DNA from: Octopus sinensis | Lineage: Eukaryota | Direction of reading: 5' to 3' | DNA: 9,778 bases | Assembly (NCBI RefSeq): GCF_006345805.1 | Contig: NW_021827836.1 | Location: 1-9,778, forward strand | Part shown: one piece after another, positions 1 through 8,330 of the stretch | Position numbering within the stretch: position 1 is the first letter of the stretch | Layout: every line of letters starts with the position of its first letter | Made by a program: the position numbers and the translations under genes | Notes under the pieces: model-generated | The model's database searches: none | Seen by the model: the letters and a program-made list of their open reading frames with translations, nothing else | Told to the model about the DNA's origin: nothing

Positions 1-164
1 ACACCCACTTCGATCTACAGGCGAGAACTCTCCTAAGAAATGCAAGGAAGACCCCGGAACGTTACACCTGCTCTTTTTTTCTATCTTAAACTTCTCTAAG
101 CGCCTACCTCATACATCCACTGTGTACATCTTTTTAACTTTTGTTTTTTGATTTGCCTATATAA

Positions 165-203
165 ATATATACGTACATACATAGATACAACATACATACA
201 TAC

Positions 204-242
<39 letters not shown>

Positions 243-320
243 ATATATATATATATATATATACATACGCACAGACAAACAACACAAACTCACACACAGA
301 CACGCAAACTCTCACATATA
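165..320. repeat. Compound (TACA)n/(TA)n/(CA)n microsatellite
   Basis: Direct reading: tacatacatac, a long tatatata run, then degenerate cacacac. Confidence 0.95.
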
Positions 321-332
321 ATGTTTACACAA

Positions 333-607
333 ACCCAAGAACGTACAAAATGGTGCTGTTTTTCACCAACATTGGAAGCAAAATCTTCGAAGCCCCCAAA
401 AGAGAAATGGAAGAAATCAAACGACAGAAGAGAAAGGCTCGATAAAATCAACCTGGTTCCCACCCGGCAAATTACCATGCAGCCAATGCCATCGACTCTT
501 CTATGTAAGAATTGGCCCACAGAACCATCAATGGTATCACTATAAAGAAAGCGTCCAGCAAAGATAAATCTAAATTCTCGATACGAGATAAAACCGACGA
601 CGATGAT
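333..607 (+). mobile_element. Degraded 3' end of a non-LTR retrotransposon (RTE-like LINE): ORF2 C-terminus, 3' hairpin and tail
   Basis: Three successive frames give QERTKW (336-353), FFTNIGSKIFEAPKREMEEIKRQKRKAR* (stop 443-445) and PCSQCHRLFYVRIGPQNHQWYH (C-x2-C-x12-H-x3-H, 478-540; stop 565-567). This matches the recalled RTE ORF2 terminus pattern DRxxW..G...E..R....KR..RK...CxxCxRxFxxRIGLxxH. It is followed by the hairpin TCTCG-ATA-CGAGA (576-588) and GACGACGATGAT (596-607). Confidence 0.7.
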
Positions 608-611
608 AAAC

Positions 612-662
612 ACATATGCACAGACACACACGCACACGCACGCACGCGCACACACACACACA

Positions 663-711
<49 letters not shown>

Positions 712-750
712 TATGTATGTATATATATAGAGAGAGGCACACACACAAAC
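612..750. repeat. (CA)n microsatellite with CGCA, TATG and AG segments
   Basis: Direct reading of a long cacacaca tract at ~624-708. Confidence 0.97.
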
Positions 751-937
751 TATTGTACGCACAGAAATATATTCGAGAATGTGCTGAAAATTTTCTGGTT
801 TTGGGTAAAAGAAAATACAGGTCTATCAGTTAATTACGATTTTATTCAGTATATTCCCGTTTCGGATTCACACAGTTGTTGCAGTGATCCTTCAGTTTTT
901 AAAACCCTGTAAAAGAACTGGGAAGATTGGGCCTCCA

Positions 938-979
938 ATACCCCTAAAGCCATACCCCTAAAGCGATACCCCTAAAGCC
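938..979 (+). repeat. 3 x 14-bp tandem repeat ATACCCCTAAAGC(C/G)
   Basis: Copies at 938-951, 952-965 and 966-979 differ only at the last base. Confidence 0.95.
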
Positions 980-1375
980 AAAAACTTTTCAGCAATCCCT
1001 CGTGCGGGTACACAGGTATTCACATTCACATCCACATTCATACATGCATTCATATATAGATATATGTAATTGCCAATCAAGTATGGTGTCCTATGCAGGA
1101 CAGTGCTACTGACGTTTATAGCCCCAGGAAGACATCTCTTCCAGCTGGCTAACGACGCACATTCTGTGTCCAATTAGTATTTGTTTGCGAGGGGAAATCA
1201 CTGTTCCCATTTCTAGCCTTACGTGATACACACGGACTAAGGTTTCTGAATGGTTACCCGTCCTCAGCGTATTTTAATCACAAGCTATTGATGAAATCTC
1301 ATTCCACACGCAAAATACTGTACGCTTTTTCCAGCGTCAAACTGTCACTGATCTCGAAAAAGGAGAAATAAGCTA

Positions 1376-1480
1376 TGTATATGTGCATGTATATATACAT
1401 AAGTGTATATGTATATATATAGATGTACACACACGTACACACATATATATGTAGTATATATAATGTATTTATATACACAG
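1376..1480. repeat. Degenerate TA/TG/CA dinucleotide repeat
   Basis: Direct reading of an alternating purine-pyrimidine tract. Confidence 0.85.
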
Positions 1481-1770
1481 CCTGTCTATTGGTTTCATGT
1501 CGTAGTCTTTATGTCAGAAAATAACGCTATACAGATTGCATAACACTATCAAACTATGGCCAAACTGCAATTCTATGTTGTTCATATTCATTCTTTCACA
1601 TATTACATTTTTCATTTATACAAAAGGATATATATATATATTATATATATATATAGTTTTTAATCGTAATGGCTCATTCTATTATTCCTATATTCATTCT
1701 TTTTTGCATACCTCTTATTTCAGTTCAGTTACTCAGCGGTTTGTACATATACTATATACAGACATATCCA

Positions 1771-1774
<4 letters not shown>

Positions 1775-1824
<50 letters not shown>

Positions 1825-1841
1825 TGTGTGTGTGTGTGTGT
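1775..1841. repeat. (TG)n microsatellite
   Basis: Near-perfect tgtgtg run with one tc interruption. Confidence 0.98.
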
Positions 1842-2059
1842 ATGCCTTTATAAAAGGAAAAAATAAATGGTTGCCATTGGAAGAAAATACCCTTTTGTTA
1901 AGGTATTCAAATACAACCTTATTTATTTTTTTAGCCTATTTATCATATATATTCATCTAATGATCTCAAAACTCAAATGCTATTGATTTTCATAGTAAAC
2001 CAGCGTAAAGCCAGGATGGAACTATTGACTAACAACTACCTTTAAACTTTAAGTTCTAT

Positions 2060-2582
2060 ACCATATACATACATGCACACACATGCATATATATTTATAT
2101 ATACACATATACAAGTATATGTATGTATATATAAGTATATACGCATATACATATAGATATACATAGATATATGTATATATGTATGTACAGCCATCTGTCG
2201 ATGTATGTAAATATAAACATGTATGTATATATATTTATGCATATATATGTTTATATATATATATGTATATATATGCATATATATGAATACATGTATATGT
2301 ACATTATGTACTGATGTAAAATATACATATATATAAATACTTTACTTACAGTTACACACACACACACACACATAAGCACGTGTGTGCGTGTACACGCGTA
2401 TTTTACGTATAAGTACATAAACCATGCACTTATATGTGAATGAACGTGTCTTATGAGAGTGTGTTCATGTGTGTATACATTTGTGAGTGTATGTATGTAC
2501 TTATATATGTATCTACATATTTGTATATGTATATTTGTATGTATGCATGTATGTATGTATGTATGTATGTATATGCTTATGC
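2060..2582. repeat. Long degenerate TA/CATA/TATG low-complexity region
   Basis: Direct reading; includes (CA)n at ~2355-2372 and (TATG)n at ~2545-2570. Confidence 0.9.
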
Positions 2583-2621
2583 ATGCAGCCCGGGGAGAAT
2601 TGTGCATTAAATGACAAATTA

Positions 2622-2826
2622 TTCTCTTCTTCTTCTTCTCTTCTCCTTCTCCTTCTTCTTCTTCTTCTTCTTCTTCTTCTTCTTCTTCTTCTTCTTCTTC
2701 TTCTTCTTCTTCTTCTTCTTCTTCTTCTTCTTCTTCGTCTTCTTCTTCGTCGTCTTCATCCTCTTCGTCTTCGTCTTCTTCGTCTTTTTCGTCTTCTTCC
2801 TTTTCTTCTTCCTCTTCATCTTCTTC
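2622..2826. repeat. (CTT)n microsatellite grading into CTT/CGT/CCT
   Basis: Pure ttc run at ~2650-2735; source of the poly-K/E/F/L/S pseudo-ORFs. Confidence 0.98.
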
Positions 2827-2912
2827 CCACGCCATCCGCACTTCCAACAACCTCGACCACAGAACGTCTTTGGCATTCACGACTACGTAAAGCGCAACTA
2901 ATACACATACTA

Positions 2913-2965
2913 ACAACAGTAGCAGCAGCAGCAGCAGGGGTAGTAGTAGTAGTAGTAGTAGTAGT

Positions 2966-2996
<31 letters not shown>

Positions 2997-3061
2997 ATGT
3001 TATTATTACTGGTATTATTACCATCATCAATACATCAGTATTATCATTATTATTATTATCA

Positions 3062-3115
<54 letters not shown>

Positions 3116-3225
3116 TTCGTAACAGTTGTAGTTGTAACAGCAGCGGCAGTGGTAGTAGTAGTATTACTTGTTGTTGTTGTTCTAATACTACAATTATTAT
3201 TATTATTATTATTATTATTATTGTA
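2913..3225. repeat. Compound (AGC)n/(AGT)n/(TAT)n/(TTG)n trinucleotide array
   Basis: Direct reading. Confidence 0.95.
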
Positions 3226-3262
3226 TTTGCTTTTCTGTAATGTTTTGTTTTGACGTTGTTTG

Positions 3263-3293
<31 letters not shown>

Positions 3294-3579
3294 GTCCTTT
3301 TCTTTATGTCTTCTTAATTCTTCAGACCGTCCTTCATTTTTCTTCCCACAGTAAAATTTATGTCTAATACAAAAGACACAGTCTTCAGGCAAATTATCCA
3401 CAGATACTAAAAGACCGTTGCATGTCTTGTGCTGTTGTCAATGCAGAATTTTAAATGCAACCCGCTGCAATAAAATAATACTAATAATACTAATAATGAA
3501 AATACGATCAGAAAAACAAATTCAACAAAATAGACCAACTCTATAACAAAAATATAACGGAATAAAATTGCTGGTTAGA

Positions 3580-3844
3580 ATTATTGTCGTTGTTGTTGTT
3601 GCTGTTGTTGCTGCTACTACTACTACTACTACTGTTGTTTTTGTTATTGTTGTTGTTGTTGTCGTGGTTGTTGTTGATGTTGTTGTTGTTCTTACAAGTA
3701 TAACTCCACGAAATATGATGAAATACTGATGTGAAATAAAAAATTCTTGTCCGCAGATATTTGATGCTACATTTGATGTTAGCTGTTGTTGTTATTGCTG
3801 TTGTGTTGCTGCTGTTGTTGTTGATGATGATGCTGATGCTGATT

Positions 3845-3891
<47 letters not shown>

Positions 3892-3945
3892 ATGATGGTG
3901 GTGATGATGATGATGATGATAGTGATGTTGATGATGACGATAATG

Positions 3946-3976
<31 letters not shown>

Positions 3977-4022
3977 CGATGATGGTGATGATGATGATGA
4001 CGATGATGATGATGATATTGTT
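3580..4022. repeat. Compound (TTG)n/(CTA)n then (GAT)n/(GGT) trinucleotide arrays with a short unique spacer at ~3690-3780
   Basis: Direct reading. Confidence 0.92.
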
Positions 4023-4099
4023 GCCAAAGCAATTACTAACCAGAGAATATTTTGAGTTGCATTCTTTAATGTTGTTGTTGCTTGAAAGTTCATTTTGCA

Positions 4100-4215
4100 T
4101 ACAGACATGTATACATACACAGATAATGTATGTGTGTGTATGTATATATATATATATATATTATATATATATATATATTATATATATATATATATATATG
4201 TATATACCTATATAT

Positions 4216-4254
<39 letters not shown>

Positions 4255-4562
4255 TGAGAGAGGTAGGGAGGGAGAGAAGGATACATATATTCATATCGAT
4301 GAATTTATATGCATATATATATATACATTTGTTATACATATTATATGTATATAATCATATGTGTATATTCATGTATGTATATATATATATATACATATAT
4401 ATATACATACATATATACATACATGCATACATATAACCTTAGTATATAAATTTACATATGAATATATATATATATATATATATATGAGTACACGTGTGTT
4501 TTTATGAACATGTATGTGTGTATTTCTGTGTGTGAATGTTCATGTGTGTGTGTGTGTGTGTT
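4100..4562. repeat. (TA)n/(AG)n/(TG)n microsatellite region
   Basis: Direct reading; (AG)n at ~4234-4262. Confidence 0.93.
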
Positions 4563-4862
4563 GTGCATGTGATTTTTTTATTTTCATCTATTTATTTATA
4601 AATTTGGTTGGTTTTGTGGGCGGCGGTGAAGACTTGGAGCTACAAAGCGTTTATAGAGCCTTTTGAATAAGACAGGAAAAATGGTACAATTATTGTGTTT
4701 CAATGCAACCTGCTTGCGTCATGGTTAAGTGCAGCGCTCATCAGCAACAGAAAATTACGTTGTCTGAGTTGAGGAAAAATTTCTGTTTTTAATAAATATT
4801 GTTTCTTTTTTATGGAGTGGGCAGGAGGCGAATTTGCCCTATTGCTTCTGATTCTCAGTGAG

Positions 4863-4996
4863 CTGAGTTCAAGTCCGATCGAGGTCGGTTATATGTTTTA
4901 TCTTTTTAAGGTCGATAAATAGATACCATGATTTATCCTTTTAATGTCGATAAATAGATAGTGTTTTATCCTTTTACGGTCGATAAATAAATACCA
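4863..4996 (+). mobile_element. Old, degenerate SINE fragment (B box plus core, core triplicated)
   Basis: ctgagttcaagtccgatcgaggtcgg..ttttatctttttaaggtcgataaatagatacca aligns to the family body ctgagttcaaattccgccgaggtcgac..tttcatcctttcggggtcgataaattaagtacca. Confidence 0.75.
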
Positions 4997-5167
4997 CTCT
5001 ACGGTGGTGAATAGAAAAAGATGTCATCATTGTCATGTTGCTGGTATTGTTTCAGGTTTTAATCTCAACTGTCTGGTACCACATATTCAATTCTTGGGTT
5101 ACTACTTTTGGAATTGTATATCTTGTAGCTTGCTGCTTTTGTTGTAGCAATTGTTGATATTGTCCCT

Positions 5168-5193
5168 TATTATTATTATTATTATTATTATTA

Positions 5194-5226
<33 letters not shown>

Positions 5227-5228
5227 CA

Positions 5229-5260
<32 letters not shown>
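5168..5260. repeat. (TAT)n microsatellite
   Basis: Direct reading. Confidence 0.97.
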
Positions 5261-5261
<1 letters not shown>

Positions 5262-5308
5262 GGCGGCAAGATGGTAGAATTGTTAGCATGCCGGGCAAAA
5301 CGCTTAGC
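5262..5308 (+). mobile_element. Head-only SINE fragment (47 nt, A-box part)
   Basis: ggcggcaagatggtagaattgttagcatgccgggcaaaacgcttagc aligns without gaps to the head at 5423-5469. Confidence 0.85.
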
Positions 5309-5322
5309 AGTGGTAGTAGTAA

Positions 5323-5403
<81 letters not shown>

Positions 5404-5417
5404 CTGTAGTAGTAGTA
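5309..5417. repeat. (AGC)n/(AGT)n microsatellite
   Basis: Direct reading. Confidence 0.97.
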
Positions 5418-5432
5418 CAAAAGGTGGCGAGC

Positions 5433-5443
5433 TGGCAGAAACG
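5433..5443 (+). promoter_or_regulatory. Pol III internal promoter A box of SINE
   Basis: TGGCAGAAACG fits TRGCNNARYNG, about 10 nt from the element start. Confidence 0.7.
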
Positions 5444-5494
5444 TTAGCACGCCGGGTGAAATGTATAGCCGTATTTCGTCTGCCGTTACGTTCT

Positions 5495-5507
5495 GAGTTC
5501 AAATTCC
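5495..5507 (+). promoter_or_regulatory. Pol III internal promoter B box of SINE
   Basis: GAGTTCAAATTCC contains the GTTCRA core, about 52 nt after the A box. Confidence 0.75.
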
Positions 5508-5813
5508 GCCGAGGTTGACTTTGCCTTTCATCCTTTCGGGGTCGATTAAATAAGTACCAGTTACGCAATCTGTTTGTCTGTCCTTGTTTGTCCCCTCTGT
5601 GTATAGACCCTTGTGGGTAGTAAAGAAATAGGCATTTCGTCTGCCATTACATTCTGGGTTCAAATTCCGCCGAGGTCGACTTTGCCTTTCATCCTTTCGG
5701 GGTTGATAGATTAAGTACCAGTTACGCACTGGGGCTCGATGTAATCAACTTAATCCCTCTGTCTGTCCTTGTTTGTCCCCTCTATGTTTAGCCCCTTGTG
5801 AGCAATAAAGTAA

Positions 5814-5890
5814 TAAGTAGTAGTAAGCAGCAGCAGCAGCAGTAGTAGAAATAGTAGTAGTAGTAGTAGTTAGTAGTTAGTAGTAGTAGT
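5814..5890. repeat. (AGT)n/(AGC)n microsatellite
   Basis: Direct reading. Confidence 0.93.
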
Positions 5891-5892
5891 AA

Positions 5893-6085
5893 GGTGGTGA
5901 GCTAAGAAAATTGTTTCCGCGCTGACCAAAATGCATAGCGGTATTTCGTCCGACTTTATGTTCCGAGTTCAAATTACGCCGAGATCGACTTTGCCTTTCA
6001 TTCTTTCGGGATTGATAAAATGAACACTTAGATCGACGTAATCGAATCATCCCCTGCTGGCCTTGCGCCAAAATTTAAAACCATT
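5893..6085 (+). mobile_element. Diverged monomeric SINE of the same family with tail B
   Basis: Head 5893-5939; body from ggtatttcgtc (5940); B box 5965-5977; core gagatcgactttgcctttcattctttcgggattgataaaa; tail cccctgctggccttgcgccaaaatttaaaacca. Confidence 0.85.
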
Positions 6086-6099
6086 ATTACCATTGTAAC

Positions 6100-6110
6100 T
6101 GTCGTTGTTG

Positions 6111-6142
<32 letters not shown>

Positions 6143-6248
6143 GGTGGTGGTGGTGTTAACGTCGTTGTCTTTTCATTTCTCAGAGCTCTCGATATTGCTT
6201 ACTCTAGCTAATTGTTTAAGACCAGACAACAAACTGTCTCTTCGATGA

Positions 6249-6282
<34 letters not shown>

Positions 6283-6320
6283 GGTGGTGGTGGTGGTGGT
6301 GATGGTGATGTCGATGATGA
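6100..6320. repeat. (GTT)n(GGT)n at 6100-6156 and (GAT)n(GGT)n at 6244-6320
   Basis: Direct reading; about 85 nt of unique sequence lies between the two tracts. Confidence 0.93.
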
Positions 6321-6516
6321 ATATCGAGAAGCACGCATGCTGTCTGATTGATTTCTGTTTTCTTAAATATTTTTTTCAGGGTGTAGATTGGACAGGAACT
6401 GAACGAGAACAATTACGTAAGACACCAGACAGCGTATGATGTTGTGTACGTCGTGTTGGTCGGCGGCAGAAGGATCGTTCTTAATCGTAATCCCCTTTAA
6501 ATATATGACACCACAA

Positions 6517-6546
6517 TCATTATCATCATCATTATCATCATCACAC

Positions 6547-6587
<41 letters not shown>

Positions 6588-7150
6588 ACATCATTATCAT
6601 CAACATCATCGTCATCAACATCACCACCACCACCACCACCACCATCACCACCATGGCCATCATCATCACCACATTCATCATCATCATCATCATCAACATC
6701 ATTCTCATCATCATCACCACCACCACCACCACCACCACCATGGTCATCATCATCACCACAGTCATCATCATCATCATCATCATCATCATCTTCGTCCGCT
6801 TCCTCTTCATCATCATCATTATCATCACCACCATCACCACCACTACCCTCGTCATCATCATCACCAGTCATTATCATCTTCGTCATCCTCATCCTCATCA
6901 TCATTGTCATTATTACCTTCACTATCATCATCCCCATCATGACGATGAATGATTATCATCATTATCAACATCACCATCATCCCCACCACCACCACCGTTG
7001 TCATCATCACCACAGTCATCATCATCATCATCATCATCTTCGTCATCTTCCTCCTCATCATCATCATTATCATCACCATCATCATCACCACCACCATCAC
7101 CACCACTACCATCGTCATCATCATCACCACAGTCATCATCATCATCAATA
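6517..7150. repeat. Large compound (CAT)n/(CAC)n array with internal higher-order duplication
   Basis: Direct reading; recurring interruptions CACAGT, CTTCGTC and CACTACC. Confidence 0.97.
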
Positions 7151-7236
7151 TGATCTGCAGAAGCAGCAGCATCTTCTTTGCCGTTGCCGTCATCTTGATC
7201 GTCATCATGTTGTCATCGCCAACATTATCATTATCA

Positions 7237-7460
7237 CTTTTCTTCTTCCCCCTCCGTCTCCTCTTCTTCATTATGCCCTTCCTCCATCCTCTCCTCGTTT
7301 GCTTCATCTTTCTCCACATCCTCCCCTTTCTCTCCTTTTGTCCATCTCTTGCTCTTTTCCTTCCTCTTCCCCCCTTTTCCTCAACCGCCTCTTCTTTCCC
7401 CAGCTCCTGTATCCCCCAGCTCCTTCTCTTCCGTCCTCACTTCCTCTCAGCCTCATCTCC
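7237..7460 (+). repeat. Polypyrimidine (C/T-rich) low-complexity tract
   Basis: About 220 nt dominated by C/T with sparse purines and no exact period. Confidence 0.9.
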
Positions 7461-7469
7461 ACGGTTTCC

Positions 7470-7590
7470 ACCATGATCATAATCATTATCATACCTATGA
7501 TCATCATCCTCATCACATCATCAACATTGTCACAGCATCATCATCATCATCATCATCATCATCAACATCATCATCACTACCACCATCATC
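7470..7590. repeat. (CAT)n microsatellite
   Basis: Direct reading. Confidence 0.9.
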
Positions 7591-8166
7591 AGCGTGGAAT
7601 ATGTCGTAAGGCAAAAAAAACAAAAACAAAACCAAAAATCAAAACGTAATGCCTCACTTAATACGAATTGGTCGTTCCTTCTCTTATCTTGAATAATGTA
7701 AGATGGCGGGAGTAGGGTAGATGTTTCTGGCGAGGTATGGCTTCTTGAGGAAAAAAAAAAAGTTTGTCTTAGTAATAATAAGATAAGGAGAACAAGAATC
7801 GTCTTTAAAAGGAGAGAAAACTTGATAAATTCTCTTAAGCAATTTGAATAACATGTATTTAACCAGCAAACTCCCATACCTTATATTTTGCGCCCATCTT
7901 CCTTTCTGCCTCCGCTGTCACCTATCTGCATTCTCTCAGGAAGCATTCAGCATTCAGCATTCTTCAGAATGGTATGTCAGTGTGGTATGTTATATCCTGG
8001 AAGCTAGTTTGGTCTACGAGCATAATACTCGATAATTTAGTGTTGAGATATCTCGCGTATAACTTTGTTGAAGGACTGTGAAAAAGTCAGGTTTGATCAT
8101 TTTTGAATAATGTATATTTTGCAAACGAGCTAACGAGGGAATGTTTATATGGTCTCTCCCCGTCAT

Positions 8167-8328
8167 AAAAATAGCAGCTAATTTTTTTTCTTCCTCGCTA
8201 TTATCTTATTGTCATTTTTCTTACGGCATTGTGGAGGCGGGAGCATTGGAAAAGTAGCAGCTAATTTTTGCCTCCTCCATATTATCTTACTGTCATTTTT
8301 GTTGAAACATTGAGGAAGCGGGAGCATT
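8167..8328 (+). repeat. Diverged tandem duplication, period ~82 bp
   Basis: tagcagctaattttt at 8172 and 8255; tattatctta.tgtcattttt in both copies; gcgggagcatt ends both copies. Confidence 0.85.
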
Positions 8329-8330
8329 AC

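Larger units (their letters stand above)
5423..5816 (+). mobile_element. tRNA-type SINE, dimeric: head plus two tandem bodies plus tail A
   Basis: Head 5423-5469; body 1 5470-5630 (161 nt, carries a 23-nt deletion); body 2 from 5631 to the tail ..gccccttgtgagcaataaagtaata. A and B boxes are present and homologous copies occur elsewhere in the window. Confidence 0.92.

Noticed and set aside
321-545. 74-aa ORF as an independent small protein
   Set aside because: Only its first residues match the LINE-like frame. The informative peptide lies in the other two frames, consistent with a frameshifted relic.
1087-1142. Two 6-bp hairpins (TGTCCT/AGGACA and GGAAGA/TCTTCC)
   Set aside because: Stems this short are expected by chance, and no second copy in the window supports them.
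2251-3122. Long ORFs (259 aa and 211 aa) with poly-E/L/K/A tracts
   Set aside because: Built entirely from (CTT)n, (AGC)n, (AGT)n, (TAT)n and TA repeats, with no domain content.
3290-3470. Coding exon in the unique island (- strand ..VSVDNLPEDCVFCIRHKFYCGKK..; + strand acceptor-like ttcttcccacag)
   Set aside because: There are in-frame stops soon after the plausible acceptors in all frames, no recognisable domain, and the frame runs into a TA repeat.
5423-5515. Functional tRNA gene
   Set aside because: A and B boxes are present, but the T-arm stem does not pair and no acceptor stem or cloverleaf can be drawn. It is a SINE head.
5470-5560. HDV-like or hammerhead ribozyme at the body start explaining the fixed junction
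   Set aside because: GGTATTT can pair 6/7 with AAATTCC, but no P3/L3/P1.1 geometry follows, and there is no CUGANGA on either strand of the unit.
6436-7649. His-rich ORFs 6436-6942 and 6939-7649, and Asp/Gly- or Met-rich ORFs on the - strand, as real proteins (e.g. histidine-rich beak or metal-binding proteins)
   Set aside because: All three frames on both strands stay open simply because CAT/CAC repeats lack stops. There is no codon-level variation, signal peptide or GHG-type motif, so these are microsatellite translations.
7699-7711. YY1/E2F-like motif AAGATGGCGGGAG as a promoter
   Set aside because: It is a single short motif with no CpG island, TSS evidence or adjacent gene.
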